DNA of 32,000 bases from an uncultured archaeon (GTDB lineage Archaea > Asgardarchaeota > Thorarchaeia > Thorarchaeales > Thorarchaeaceae). The notes below the pieces were generated by a model. It did no database searches. It was given only the letters and a program-made list of their open reading frames with translations, and was not told where the DNA came from. This document shows positions 6,592-17,323 of the stretch, piece by piece (positions within the stretch are counted from its first letter, which is position 1; every line of letters begins with the position of its first letter). The stretch lies in the NCBI GenBank assembly GCA_964354495.1, contig CAYHAA010000010.1, positions 30,001-62,000 of the forward strand. The letters are read 5' to 3'. The position numbers and the translations under genes are program-made.

Positions 6592-8847
6592 GTGACTGCA
6601 AGATTTCACGTGGAGAGGTCAGCCATTGGTCTGCTGATACTGCTACCTGCAGCATACCTGTTATATTTGAGCGAGCCTCCTTGGGACACACCAGAAGCAG
6701 CAACAGCGTACTTCTCGGTCCTTGCTCTACTCTGCGTGACCATGACAGCCAGCGCCGCAAACAGAAATCGAACAGATCGATCACCGTCAAACAACGCTCT
6801 TTTTGCTGCTACAGGGTATGCCTCGTTCGCATTCTCGGGTGCGGCAATACTGTATATTCTCACAGGAGAGAACCCAGCCATCCATGCGCAGACTGCTGGC
6901 GTGTTCTTGAATCTCTTTGCCATTGCAACCACCGGTGTCATAATGCTTCTCTATAGCATCCTGGACAGACTCATCAAGAGAGAGAATTCGATATGGGAAA
7001 GGAGACTGACTCCACTGGTGATTATTGCCGTTTCACTCTTCGTCTTCGCCATCATGATTGTGGTGGCCAGACTTCCATTGGATAATTCAGTCTTCTTGGC
7101 AGCAGGTTATTTCACCGGTGCTGTCGCTCTTTGTGTATATATCGCTGCCGCCGTTTTGACACTTCGAGGAAGACATTCAAGCACAGCAAATGACCCTATT
7201 CGATTGACTCTCTCCTTCATACTACTTGCAGGAGCCTCAATCAATCACATTCTGATCCTACCATCACCATCTTCGCAATGGATAATCTCCATTGTTCTCA
7301 TAGCGCTGGGCCTAGTCATTGCGAACATATCTATAAGCTATACATTCATGCTCGATATCGGCATAGGCGACAATTTTGCCTACGGACTAGCGATTGCGAC
7401 CAGTGTAATGGCAGCAGCTCCGTTCATCTTGGCGCACTTGATATCGATGCTTGTTGGGGCAGGAGCGACCTTTCCTGACATTGGTGCCACGGTGCTCATT
7501 CATATCGGGGGCTCGGTTCTAGCAGGACTCTCTGCATATGCACTGTACATGAAACCAAGGATTCGTTCATCACCCGGCCTCTTTGCGATCGTGTTCCTGC
7601 TCGCGTTTTGGGCTGTTTCCGAGATCGTCATCATCATCTCACATTTCTTGCCAGGCTATGGCTTCGAGATGGAAACTGGAGTGCCATACATCCTAGGTAG
7701 CATAGTGTCCTCGCTCATGCTAATCGTAGCAGTTCGTCGAGTCCTCAATCCCCCCAAGGACGAAACCGGCAGACTTCCACGACTCTATATCATAGGGCTC
7801 ATTGCTGCTCCTTTTCTCCTTCTTTTTGCAGAGCTTGTCAGACAATACGTATTCATCGGGATTCTAGGCGGGCCCGAACCCATTGTTGGTGCCGCGATGA
7901 TGCTCGGGCTTAGTCTCTTTTCGCTCTATGCCCTTTTGACCTTCATCTTGGTGCGTACCGGCGTAGCTGGGGGTAGATGGCAATTCGATTCTGTTGGAGC
8001 CGCACTTGCATCAGTCTGGGTCATTGTGGTCGTTCTCAAGGCCAATTTCGAGTATACAACTGCGGGATGGTGGATTGCAGAGGCAATCATGTTCCTCATG
8101 ACAATTGGTCTCTCTTTTCTACTTCTTCGCGTGTACCTGACAGAATCTGAGGAACTGGAGAAAGCTGGCCCGGTTGCGTCAGCTTATTCACACATGTTAT
8201 CTGGAAAAATAGTAAGTCATCAGAAGTCAGCAATCGACACGCTCTCTCAGATGACGATGGATACGCACACAGACGAACTCCGCCTTGACTCACTGGCAAA
8301 GACTCTCAACGAGGTTTCACGGGCGAATGACCTTGCAAAATACCTTCAGGTAGTAGTGTCCGGAAATAGATTCCATGAAGACGACCTAGAGTCTATTGAC
8401 GTCATCGATTCAATCACGACTGCCATGAACAGGTCTAGAGTCCCAGATTCTGTGCGAAGATTCAAGGAAGACACTCAAGAGCCAAGGACAAGACTGGTTC
8501 AGGCCAACAGTCTTCTCGTAGACCTCTTTTATTATCTCTTTGAGGGCATATCAAAGAGAATCGGAGCCATTGAGATGCTAGGAACAGGCATTCATGAGCA
8601 AGCCAGGCAGCCAGTGCCAGAGGTTGAGGTCACTTTTGACGTATTGGTCAGAACAGAGAAGATAGATCAAAGGCTGTCCCTCATCAGAAGGTACTTTGAG
8701 AGCTACTCTACGGATGTGATGGAATTCGCCTATTCAAGAAGACTGGTGGAGCTCTTTGGGGGAAATGTCGAGTGGCATACCGGGATTGCCTCCAGTCAGA
8801 ATCTTCTCATTACCGCCAAGATTACGCTGCAAGGCGTGTCGACATAG
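6592..8847 (+). CDS. Polytopic membrane protein (about 16 TM) with a degenerate histidine-kinase-like C-terminus
   Basis: GTG start and about 16 hydrophobic segments. The cytosolic tail has HisKA/HATPase-like remnants (AYSHMLSGKIVS, ANSLLVDLFYYLFEG, RRLVELFGGNV) with no H, N or G box residues. Confidence 0.7.
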   Translation: MTARFHVERSAIGLLILLPAAYLLYLSEPPWDTPEAATAYFSVLALLCVTMTASAANRNRTDRSPSNNALFAATGYASFAFSGAAILYILTGENPAIHAQTAGVFLNLFAIATTGVIMLLYSILDRLIKRENSIWERRLTPLVIIAVSLFVFAIMIVVARLPLDNSVFLAAGYFTGAVALCVYIAAAVLTLRGRHSSTANDPIRLTLSFILLAGASINHILILPSPSSQWIISIVLIALGLVIANISISYTFMLDIGIGDNFAYGLAIATSVMAAAPFILAHLISMLVGAGATFPDIGATVLIHIGGSVLAGLSAYALYMKPRIRSSPGLFAIVFLLAFWAVSEIVIIISHFLPGYGFEMETGVPYILGSIVSSLMLIVAVRRVLNPPKDETGRLPRLYIIGLIAAPFLLLFAELVRQYVFIGILGGPEPIVGAAMMLGLSLFSLYALLTFILVRTGVAGGRWQFDSVGAALASVWVIVVVLKANFEYTTAGWWIAEAIMFLMTIGLSFLLLRVYLTESEELEKAGPVASAYSHMLSGKIVSHQKSAIDTLSQMTMDTHTDELRLDSLAKTLNEVSRANDLAKYLQVVVSGNRFHEDDLESIDVIDSITTAMNRSRVPDSVRRFKEDTQEPRTRLVQANSLLVDLFYYLFEGISKRIGAIEMLGTGIHEQARQPVPEVEVTFDVLVRTEKIDQRLSLIRRYFESYSTDVMEFAYSRRLVELFGGNVEWHTGIASSQNLLITAKITLQGVST

Positions 8848-8902
8848 TAGTGCTCATTGAAAAGAACTGTCTTGTTTGCATGTCTTCAACGTACCACCTT
8901 CT

Positions 8903-8930
8903 TGCAGTTCCAGTCTTGAACTGGAATGCA
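8903..8930. terminator. Hairpin downstream of the sensor-like gene; possible terminator
   Basis: TTCCAGT-cttga-ACTGGAA flanked by TGCA/TGCA. An alternative CAGTTC/GAACTG stem overlaps it. Confidence 0.35.
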
Positions 8931-9058
8931 GCCGAGCAAATCCCTTAACAAATCTCATGTTTTCTGCAGTCGCAAATCAGTAGCTGAAGATAGAAGTCAA
9001 GATTATAACAAGCTTCGACTTCTTCTCATATTGGCAACAGTCTGAGCTCGGAGCATTA

Positions 9059-10681
9059 TTGATGGAGGAAAGCACAGGTCACGATTCTGAAACTCTGGAA
9101 TCGGAACGTAGCACAAGGTTCTCACAGCTGACATCAGCCCTACGAATCGATCGTTCATCGTGGAGGTTCACACTACTCACTGCGACTGTCATCACTCTGG
9201 GGTCAATCTTGTATGTTCAGTCGGTCATGGCGAGCTGGGGTGTCTATGGTTTCTCATTTGATGATTCGTGGATACACATCCAGTATGCACGAACCATCTT
9301 CGAGGGCAGGCCTTGGCAATACGCCTGGGGTATTCCTAGTACAGGCTCGTCGGGACCACTGTGGTCAGTCGTCTTGGCGCCGATATTCGTTCTTGGAAAT
9401 GAACATGACATTGTGGTGAGCTCCGTTCTAATCATCTCAGGAGTGCTGTACATTGTAGACACATTTCTTGTCGGCGAGATAAGTCGGCAACATGTCAAGA
9501 GATGGCAATATGTCGTGCTGGCTCAGTTCGTCTTCGTACTAGTCCCAAGAAACGGAGGGCTCATGCTCTCCGGAATGGAGACTCCTCTTGGAATGATGCT
9601 GATTCTCTTTGCACTGCTTCTTCTTCCCAGACCAGAGAGAAAGTACGACTTGATTCTGGGAGTGGTCGCAGGACTGGCATACCTGTGTCGACCTGAGTTT
9701 GTGTTGATTGCTGCGCTCTGCCTTCCAATCCGAGCCATTGTGGTCCTCTATCGTGATAGGCTGAGCAAAGAACGAATATTGACAGTTGTTATGATGTTCG
9801 TCCTAGCAACTATCGTTGTTCTTCCCTGGATTCTTCATTGCTACAATACAACTGGGCTTCCACTCCCTGATTCCTACTACTCTAAGATGCGCTGGGGAGT
9901 ATCTCAGGATGCAATCAACCTCTGGAACTTTTTCTGGTTCCAAGTATGGTTCCCCTTCGAACCATATCTGCTATTGGGATTCGTCGGTGGATTCATCATT
10001 ATGATACAGAGAGGAAGACCCTACGAGCTGATTCTTGTTTCGTCATTGTATGCACTCTATGGGCTGACAATGCCCGGAATGTCACTCCTCTTTGCTGCGA
10101 GATACTTGGTTCCACTCTTTGACCTCCTGAGCATAGCATTTGTTTGTGGTGTGACCATTCTGATTGAAAGGCTCATTACGACTGAATCGTTGAAGAGCGA
10201 GTTTCAGATAGACTATCGAACCGTGATGGTCATAGTCTTTACAGCTCTTCTCTTTCTGCCCTCTATCGCAAGTAATGTTGGTTACACCAATGTGCATGCC
10301 AACCAAGCAAAGAATATCGAAGAGATGCAGGTCAACCTCTCATTGTGGATTCGGGACAATCTGCCTGAAGATGCTGTCATTGCCACATATGATGTTGGTG
10401 CGATTGGCTTCTTCGCTCGAGGAATCGTTCTCGATCAATACGGACTTGTGACTCCACCCCTGTTGCATACATACACGACTCTCAGCGAACAGGTCGATTA
10501 TCTGAAAGAAGTGAATTGTACGTATATCATGTACTATGTCGAGTGGTTCCCAGGGTTTAGATCGACAATCATGGGCAAAGGTGGGCACGTAGTTGAGTTG
10601 TATCGAGCACATCTGGATGACAACGTAGTCTGTGGTACAGATAACATGGCAGTGTATCAAGTAACATGGTCAATTGTCTAG
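9059..10681 (+). CDS. GT-C-superfamily-like membrane glycosyltransferase
   Basis: After TM1 it reads FDDSWIHIQYARTIFEG...G.STGSSGPLW, with many TMs, RPE and ARYLVP motifs, and a soluble C-terminal VIATYDVGAIGFF...VLDQYGLVTP. An ATG at 9062 is an alternative start. Confidence 0.75.
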   Translation: MMEESTGHDSETLESERSTRFSQLTSALRIDRSSWRFTLLTATVITLGSILYVQSVMASWGVYGFSFDDSWIHIQYARTIFEGRPWQYAWGIPSTGSSGPLWSVVLAPIFVLGNEHDIVVSSVLIISGVLYIVDTFLVGEISRQHVKRWQYVVLAQFVFVLVPRNGGLMLSGMETPLGMMLILFALLLLPRPERKYDLILGVVAGLAYLCRPEFVLIAALCLPIRAIVVLYRDRLSKERILTVVMMFVLATIVVLPWILHCYNTTGLPLPDSYYSKMRWGVSQDAINLWNFFWFQVWFPFEPYLLLGFVGGFIIMIQRGRPYELILVSSLYALYGLTMPGMSLLFAARYLVPLFDLLSIAFVCGVTILIERLITTESLKSEFQIDYRTVMVIVFTALLFLPSIASNVGYTNVHANQAKNIEEMQVNLSLWIRDNLPEDAVIATYDVGAIGFFARGIVLDQYGLVTPPLLHTYTTLSEQVDYLKEVNCTYIMYYVEWFPGFRSTIMGKGGHVVELYRAHLDDNVVCGTDNMAVYQVTWSIV

Positions 10682-10825
10682 AGGGAATTGATGCTTCATA
10701 GATAGAGCAGTTTGACTCCACTCTTGTTCATCTCTTGGAAAATCTCTGCTGATTTGAAGGAGCCTCATAGTACACTCGAACGGTCAACAGTAGATACATA
10801 AAGCTAGTCAACAAGATGTGAATAG

Positions 10826-11197
10826 GTGTTCGCCTTGTCAGAACAGACTGCCAACCAGCTCACTGAAAAGCAGCTCAAGGAACTTCAAAGACTTCGCGCT
10901 ATTAAGATGTTTCTTGATGAGCTGAGGAAGAAGGGCATCTTCACTGACATCATTGTCTGCCCGGTGTGCAAGAGCCCGAGAATTCAGGAACTCACATCTT
11001 TCAAGGATTTGGGCTATTTTGGCAGTTTTCAGCCGATGTATCTTTGTCTCGACTGTGGGTGGTCCGGTCGTCTGGAGTTGACGATGTCGAATAGACCGTT
11101 GAATGAAGCCATTCTCGAAGACTTGAAGACGGGTTTACTGGACCAAGATGTTGAGGACTACATAACAAGTCCTGACCCCGACGAGCAACGAGTCTAG
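10826..11197 (+). CDS. Small Zn-ribbon protein, function unknown
   Basis: CPVC and CLDC pairs about 24 residues apart, and an acidic C-terminus. Confidence 0.75.
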   Translation: MFALSEQTANQLTEKQLKELQRLRAIKMFLDELRKKGIFTDIIVCPVCKSPRIQELTSFKDLGYFGSFQPMYLCLDCGWSGRLELTMSNRPLNEAILEDLKTGLLDQDVEDYITSPDPDEQRV

Positions 11198-11290
11198 CTC
11201 CGGTAGGCTCGCTATGGATATTTGTTGCTGAACAAGACAGATTCATAACACGCTAAGCTATAAAGTGAAGAAGAGAAGCGTAGAGCCACC

Positions 11291-13501
11291 ATGAAAGTCA
11301 GAAAGTGCATTGCTGTTACGATTCTTTTTTCCCTGATGTTCTATGCTATGCCAATGGCTTGGGATGATACTGCTCCCCTGAAAACAGATGAGTATGTTGG
11401 CCACAGCGTTGGGGATCCGTCATCTCAGCTAGAAGTGGATATTGCTTCAGAGGAAAGGACACTCTCGGGGCTCCATGAGATTCCTCCAGCCCCTCAGTTC
11501 GAGGACACAATGGCAATCGTGGTTGAGAACCTGCTCTATCCATCGATTGGCGATGCAGTCAATCAATACAGACAGGACCTGAATGACTCAGGATACAATA
11601 CTCTGCTCTATACAGAGCTCTTGTCAACAGCAGAAGAGCTCAAGGGTAATCTCACGCAATGGTATGAAGGACAGAGTCTTCGTGGAGCAGTCCTGATAGG
11701 ACGGCTGCCATATGCGGAATTCCATCATCCTGCAGCCACAGGTTTTGATGCATCAACATTCATCTGCGACTTGTTTCTCATGGATCTGGATGGAGTATGG
11801 ACCGATACCGATCCAGAGAATGGTATCTATGATGGCCATTCTGGCGAAACACCCACAAGTGATATCTTCCCTGAGATCTTCGTTGGACGCATAGATCCGA
11901 CCTGCCTTTCATGGAGTTCGAGTGTTGCAGACGAAGTGAACAACTATCTTGCACGCATTCACGACTATCGTACTGGAGGAGTTCAGAGGGCTCGTCGTGC
12001 CATCGTCTACATCGATGATGATTGGGCAGGATACTGGGGAACAAGGTGGGCAAACGATGTCGGCCTCGTGTATGGAACGCGGACAGTGATTCAGAATCCA
12101 ACGACATGGACAAATGCCACAGACTGGAAGAATAATAGGCTTGGTCAGGACTATCAATGGGGCCATCTCTGTGCCCATAGCGATGCCGCTACGCATGCAT
12201 TCGGTCCTGGGGGCGCAGGCGCGGAGGGACTTGTTACATCAGCCGAAATCCATTCCATTCCTCCGTCTTTCAACTTCTACAATCTGTTCTGTTGCTCCGG
12301 TGCAAAATGGACTGCAAGCAACAACCTCGCGGTGACCTACACATTCACCGGACCCTATGGTCTTGCTAGTATAGGCAGCAGCAAGACCGGAAGCATGATG
12401 GACTGCGATGAGTTCTATGGTCCTCTCGCTGAGAATGCAACACTGGGAGCGAGTCTGAAAGACTGGTTTTCGAACTCATTGAACTCGGATAGTTCTGCAG
12501 GTACGCTCTACCTTGAATGGTACTATGGAATGAACATCATTGGCGATCCATTGTTGACCACATTCTATGACTGCACGGTTCTGGCTCCACAGGTCTATTC
12601 CACTACGCACCAGAATCCAGGAGCGTGGTACTCAAATCCGTTTCCACAGTTCAATTGGACGACCCCTCCTGATGTGAACGCCATCAATGGGTATTACTAT
12701 ATTCTGGACCAAAATCCCATGACAGTCCCGGTTCCAGAAACAGCCACTTTCACAACGAATAACAGTATTCTACTGGCTGAAAGCCTCAGCGATGGAACGT
12801 GGTATCTCCATATCGTTGCAAGAGACTCCGCAGGGAATATCGGAAGCGAATCTGGACATTGCGCCGTAAGGATAGACACAACACAACCCTCAGTTTCTGT
12901 TGTGCAACCAAGTCAGCAGAGCATTGCCACGGCCTCGACGATGTTTGCTTGGTCAGTCCAGGACACTCGCAGTGGCTACTCCCGTTCTGAGGTCTGGGTA
13001 GATTCTGATGCGAATCTGATTTACAATGGCACTGCAGTAGTCCTTCTCCTAGAGGACCTTGTAGAGGGCTCTCATACGGTGAATGTGACAGTGTATGACC
13101 GAGCCATGAACAGGGGAAGTGTGATGCGTACCATCTTGGTCGATCTCTCTGACCCTGTCCTTACACTCCTCAGCCCAACCGTATACACAGTAATTGTGAG
13201 GACGATTGCTCTTGAATGGCGTATCTCCGAAATTGGTTCAGGGTATCAATGTACAGAAATCAGAATTGATGGAGAGCTTGTCGGGGCGGCTGAGTCACCA
13301 GCCACCTCATTCACTATCGGAAATTTGACCTATGGAACAAACACGGTGAATCTGACTGCATTCGACTGGGTCAATAGGACAGATTCGGTGGAGTTCCAGA
13401 TCGTCGTTCAGCACTCGATTTCCGGATTTGTCCCTCTGGTTGCGGCCGCAGGCCTCCTCATGATTCTCCTTCTGATAGTGTTATACAGAGAGAGGAGCTA
13501 A
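11291..13501 (+). CDS. Secreted, membrane-anchored C25 (gingipain-like) cysteine peptidase with Ig-like repeats
   Basis: Signal peptide; GAVLIGRLP, CDLFLMDLDG and PEIFVGRI; putative catalytic His (HLCAHS) and Cys (LFCCSG); beta-rich repeats ending H/N-TVNxTxxD; a C-terminal TM followed by RERS. Confidence 0.8.
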   Translation: MKVRKCIAVTILFSLMFYAMPMAWDDTAPLKTDEYVGHSVGDPSSQLEVDIASEERTLSGLHEIPPAPQFEDTMAIVVENLLYPSIGDAVNQYRQDLNDSGYNTLLYTELLSTAEELKGNLTQWYEGQSLRGAVLIGRLPYAEFHHPAATGFDASTFICDLFLMDLDGVWTDTDPENGIYDGHSGETPTSDIFPEIFVGRIDPTCLSWSSSVADEVNNYLARIHDYRTGGVQRARRAIVYIDDDWAGYWGTRWANDVGLVYGTRTVIQNPTTWTNATDWKNNRLGQDYQWGHLCAHSDAATHAFGPGGAGAEGLVTSAEIHSIPPSFNFYNLFCCSGAKWTASNNLAVTYTFTGPYGLASIGSSKTGSMMDCDEFYGPLAENATLGASLKDWFSNSLNSDSSAGTLYLEWYYGMNIIGDPLLTTFYDCTVLAPQVYSTTHQNPGAWYSNPFPQFNWTTPPDVNAINGYYYILDQNPMTVPVPETATFTTNNSILLAESLSDGTWYLHIVARDSAGNIGSESGHCAVRIDTTQPSVSVVQPSQQSIATASTMFAWSVQDTRSGYSRSEVWVDSDANLIYNGTAVVLLLEDLVEGSHTVNVTVYDRAMNRGSVMRTILVDLSDPVLTLLSPTVYTVIVRTIALEWRISEIGSGYQCTEIRIDGELVGAAESPATSFTIGNLTYGTNTVNLTAFDWVNRTDSVEFQIVVQHSISGFVPLVAAAGLLMILLLIVLYRERS

Positions 13502-13542
13502 GTCGCCGAACTATCATATTGGCACCATAAGAACCATGAACG

Positions 13543-16500
13543 TTATTGCCCAGACACGACTGGGTCCTCCTGCAACACTCTCTCCAGGACAGAGACCAGT
13601 TGGTCTGCATTCTCCTTTGTGAAGACTAGGGGTGGCTTGATCACGAGCACGTTATTCGAACGACCCTCAAGGCCGATGAGAACGCCTAGGTCTTTCATAC
13701 GTTCAACCACATAACGGGCCTCTTCTTCTGCTGGTTCAAGTGTCACAGAGTCTCTGACAAGTTCCACTCCGATGAACAGGCCAATACCGCGGACGTCACC
13801 GATTATTGGGTGATTCTCTTTTAGCGAATTCAGCTGCTGTAAGAGATGATTGCCTACGCTGAGAGCGTTCTTCTGCAGTTCAAACCTATCAATGACATCA
13901 AGAACGGTCATGCCCACAGCACAGGCAACTGTGTTTCCACCTGTTGTACTAAAGAACTCCATCCCCGTGTTGAAAGACTCTGCAATCTCCGGAGTTGTCA
14001 CAACGGCTCCAATAGGATGTCCGTTACCGATGGACTTACCCATGGTGAGAATGTCAGGCTCAACTCCTTGGGTTTCAAATCCCCAAAAATGCGTTCCCAC
14101 CCTTCCAAAGCCAGTCTGCACCTCATCAGCTATGCATACACCACCGGCTTTGCGAACATGCTCATAGCACTGCTTGAGATATCCATCTGGAAACACTACT
14201 TGGCCACCACACGCCATGAGAGGCTCACAGATGAATGCAGCAAGGCCCTTTCCCTGTTTTCCAATACTCTCTATGGTTTCCAGTACATCCTGAGCATACT
14301 TCGTGGCTGCATCTAGACCTCTGTGTTCACCGCGATATGTGTCGGGCATTCTAACAATGTGCACATGCGGAGGAGCTCCTTCACCGCCAGGCCCACTATG
14401 CTTGTACGAGCTGATGTCAATCAAGGCAGACGTATTTCCATGATATGCACCATCGATGGCAATAATGTCCTTCTGTTTCGTGCGTGCTCTAGCCAGCCGT
14501 AATGCCAGTTCATTTGCTTCGCTGCCGCTATTCACAAAGAAACAGACACTGAGAGAAGCGGGAAGCTTGGAACACAATCGATCCGCGTATAGGACAAGCC
14601 CCTCATGAAGATACCGCGTGTTTGTGTTTAGAACAGAGGCCTGTCTTGCCAACGTTTCTACGATTGCGGGATTACTATGACCGACCTGAGGAACGTTGTT
14701 TCGAGCATCAAGGTATTCTCGACCATTCTCATCATACAGATACTGCATATGTCCCCGCACAATGGTCAGAGGATTCCTGTATGATACACTGAGAGCACCA
14801 GAGATTCGTTTCTTTCGGGCGCTTAGAATATCATCCCTTGAGAGTGAAGGCGTCGGGAATACAGATTCAGGAATCCGGAGAATGATGTTCGAGTCAGGGC
14901 TGATGCTCTTCCAGATGTGGCGCTTGCTTGGAAGAGCAACTCCAAAGAAGTCGCCCTCTTTGTCAAGCATATCGACAATTAGCTGAAAATGAAGATGGGG
15001 TGGCCATCCGCCGTTGTCAGGATAATCACCTACTCTTCCAATGAACTCACCGCTCTTCACTGATAAGCCGGGAGCAAGGCGAGATAGGGAACCCTTTGTG
15101 AGGTGAGCATACAGAGTATAGAAGGGCGTCTTCCCTGGAGCAGTTGCGTGTTCAATCACAACAGTGGGACCATTATCGTAGGGTTTTGCGTTATCGGCAA
15201 AGCTATGAATCTTGCCCTTGCAGACTGCATAAACAGGCGATCCAGCCTTTACGAACAAGTCAGTGCCAAGATGAACGGTTCTATTCTCATCGGCATACGA
15301 ACGATATTGTGCGCCTGTATAGATGAGACGGGGCTCGTCATATCGTCCGATTCCAACCTCGACCCCAGCATTTTCTAATTTCCGTGATACCAAATCTCCA
15401 AATACCTTATGGTCAGCAAGTTGGTGGGGAGTAGCGACGTACGTGCTTCCAACACTCAAGTCAATGACAGTGCATTTCGTTTCCGTGAGATTCAGGCCGA
15501 TAGGACTGGATAGCTGTGGAGAGTTCGTCCTCAGCCACTCAACGATGTGGGAGGAGTGTGAGCACGGTTCTAATCCTGCAGCTCCTCTGAAGCAGAACGC
15601 GGCGTAGCGAGGATGTATCTCTTTGAGAAGTGATAGCGCATCCCAAGCAGAGCGCTGGCTGATGCTGAGATACTCATTGTCTGGTTCAAGCCTCTGTTGA
15701 TGAGCAGCTATTGAAACGCTCATGGCCAATCGAGTACAGGTGAGCACGAACAACGCGTCGAGTTCTGGCTCAGAGAGCGGAATAATCGATTGATACCCAG
15801 ATATGATATACTGTGCCACTGAGAGAGGGTCAGGCTTGTCAAGAATCGCGTAGGCGATTGCTATAGCCAGCTCATTTATGGTACTGCCGAACACCATATC
15901 CCCGAAATCTATGATTCCAAAGAGACGTGCCTTATCACTATGTGGATAATTAACAATTATGTTGTAGTCGTTGGCGTCATTGTGAATCACGCTGGTTCGT
16001 AGCTCATCAATTCTGGGGAGAACCAAAGCCTCGTAGAGACGCAGGAAGTAGTGTACGAGTTTCCGCCGCTCTGAACCCGAAACTGATCCAACATACTTCC
16101 TGATCACCGAGCTTGCCTGTTTCAGGTCCCAGTAAAAGTTTCGATGCGCAGCTGGATGGTCAAAGTTGGCGAGCCCTCTAGTAATCGACCCAAGGAATCT
16201 GCCGAAATCATAAAGCAATTCGGGAGAGTGGGGATTAACCTTGGCGAGCACCTTGCCGGGGAGATAGGACAGCAACCTCACAAAGTGGTCAGTTCCATCA
16301 CTCGATCGTACCTGCTCGATCTCTCTTCCATTTGTTGAGCTCATCAGTAACGGAATAGCTGAAGCATCACAAATACCTGCCAGATGCTTGAGCGCGCTGT
16401 TCTGGAACTCCAATGTCTCTAGATTCTCCAATCGCGATGCAATCTTCAGGACATACTCCTTCCCAGAATCAGTCTTGAGATGGAAGTTCTGGTCTCTTTC

Positions 16501-16605
16501 ACTTGGCAACTCCTCGAGAACTCCAGACAAACCATAGTAGATCTCGATAATCCTCTGTAACTCTTCAATATTAAAGCCAGGTCGCTCAGGGCCATGGAAT
16601 TCCAT
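13543..16605 (-). CDS. Tri-domain fusion: APH/hydroxylysine-kinase-like kinase, M23 peptidase-like domain and class-III PLP aminotransferase/phospho-lyase
   Basis: Kinase HNDANDYN and IIDFGD; M23 HLGTD and HLH; class [24 protein letters not shown] and GKSIGNG. Confidence 0.9.
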   Translation of the reverse strand: MEFHGPERPGFNIEELQRIIEIYYGLSGVLEELPSERDQNFHLKTDSGKEYVLKIASRLENLETLEFQNSALKHLAGICDASAIPLLMSSTNGREIEQVRSSDGTDHFVRLLSYLPGKVLAKVNPHSPELLYDFGRFLGSITRGLANFDHPAAHRNFYWDLKQASSVIRKYVGSVSGSERRKLVHYFLRLYEALVLPRIDELRTSVIHNDANDYNIIVNYPHSDKARLFGIIDFGDMVFGSTINELAIAIAYAILDKPDPLSVAQYIISGYQSIIPLSEPELDALFVLTCTRLAMSVSIAAHQQRLEPDNEYLSISQRSAWDALSLLKEIHPRYAAFCFRGAAGLEPCSHSSHIVEWLRTNSPQLSSPIGLNLTETKCTVIDLSVGSTYVATPHQLADHKVFGDLVSRKLENAGVEVGIGRYDEPRLIYTGAQYRSYADENRTVHLGTDLFVKAGSPVYAVCKGKIHSFADNAKPYDNGPTVVIEHATAPGKTPFYTLYAHLTKGSLSRLAPGLSVKSGEFIGRVGDYPDNGGWPPHLHFQLIVDMLDKEGDFFGVALPSKRHIWKSISPDSNIILRIPESVFPTPSLSRDDILSARKKRISGALSVSYRNPLTIVRGHMQYLYDENGREYLDARNNVPQVGHSNPAIVETLARQASVLNTNTRYLHEGLVLYADRLCSKLPASLSVCFFVNSGSEANELALRLARARTKQKDIIAIDGAYHGNTSALIDISSYKHSGPGGEGAPPHVHIVRMPDTYRGEHRGLDAATKYAQDVLETIESIGKQGKGLAAFICEPLMACGGQVVFPDGYLKQCYEHVRKAGGVCIADEVQTGFGRVGTHFWGFETQGVEPDILTMGKSIGNGHPIGAVVTTPEIAESFNTGMEFFSTTGGNTVACAVGMTVLDVIDRFELQKNALSVGNHLLQQLNSLKENHPIIGDVRGIGLFIGVELVRDSVTLEPAEEEARYVVERMKDLGVLIGLEGRSNNVLVIKPPLVFTKENADQLVSVLERVLQEDPVVSGQ

Positions 16606-16681
16606 CGGAATGTCGCTCCATTATTGTGACTCATGATGAGCGCAATGTTATGAGTGTAAGCTCTCTTATTTCAGTAGCTGT

Positions 16682-17212
16682 TCAGGAATCAGATTTCAAC
16701 CGCGTTTCGTCTAAGACCGGCCATGTACTTGACAAGTTTCGAAGCTCAAGTGTATCAAGATATGAATCCATTGCAAACATTGTCAGAGTCTTGTCAACGG
16801 CGGGAATCTCGCGTAGAAAATCGACGATGAAGTGATTCATTTCACCAATACTCTTTGCTCGAACCTTCAAGAGAACATCGTATTCGCCGCTCAACACATG
16901 AACACCCTGTACAAGAGGGTGACCAGCTATCTCCTGACAGAATTCTCTCTGGGAGAGTACGCTCTTGCGGCCCGGGACACGATATCTGATAGTCACAAGG
17001 ATGAAAGCAAGTGTCTCACGACCAAGATGTTCAGGAGACAGGATTGCAGTGTATCCTCTAATGACATTAGCATTCTGTAGCGCCTTGATTCTATCATGGA
17101 CTGTGGAGATCCCCTTTCCAACATCCTCTGCGATCTTTGCGATGCTGCGTTTGCTATCTTTCTGCAGGATAGCAAGTATCTCTAGGTCGGTCTTGTTCAA
17201 TCTTGGAATCAT
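16682..17212 (-). CDS. Lrp/AsnC-family transcriptional regulator
   Basis: LNKTDLEILAILQKDSKRSIAKIAEDVG...TVHDRIKAL...VIRGYT HTH domain, and a C-terminal LSGEYDVLLKV. Confidence 0.93.
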   Translation of the reverse strand: MIPRLNKTDLEILAILQKDSKRSIAKIAEDVGKGISTVHDRIKALQNANVIRGYTAILSPEHLGRETLAFILVTIRYRVPGRKSVLSQREFCQEIAGHPLVQGVHVLSGEYDVLLKVRAKSIGEMNHFIVDFLREIPAVDKTLTMFAMDSYLDTLELRNLSSTWPVLDETRLKSDS

Positions 17213-17230
17213 TTCTCTAGCCTTCTGTTA

Positions 17231-17323
17231 GATATTTCAGGATAAGTTGAGATTTGCCGAAATATTTCCGCTCATTATGCCGATTAGTCCGAAAATACTG
17301 AAATACTTTCCCATTTTTATGGG
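17231..17323. promoter_or_regulatory. Cluster of repeated AT-rich motifs in the divergent Lrp/glnA promoter region; candidate operators
   Basis: GATATTTCAG at 17231 (inverse copy), CCGAAATATTTCCG at 17257, CCGAAAATACT at 17289, TGAAATACT at 17299, and CCCAT-TTTT-ATGGG at 17310-17323. Confidence 0.45.

Noticed and set aside
13846-15607. Several + strand ORFs inside the kinase-aminotransferase fusion
   Set aside because: They are antisense shadows of a well-supported gene with no motifs. The same applies to those over the ATPase, panB and MFS genes.
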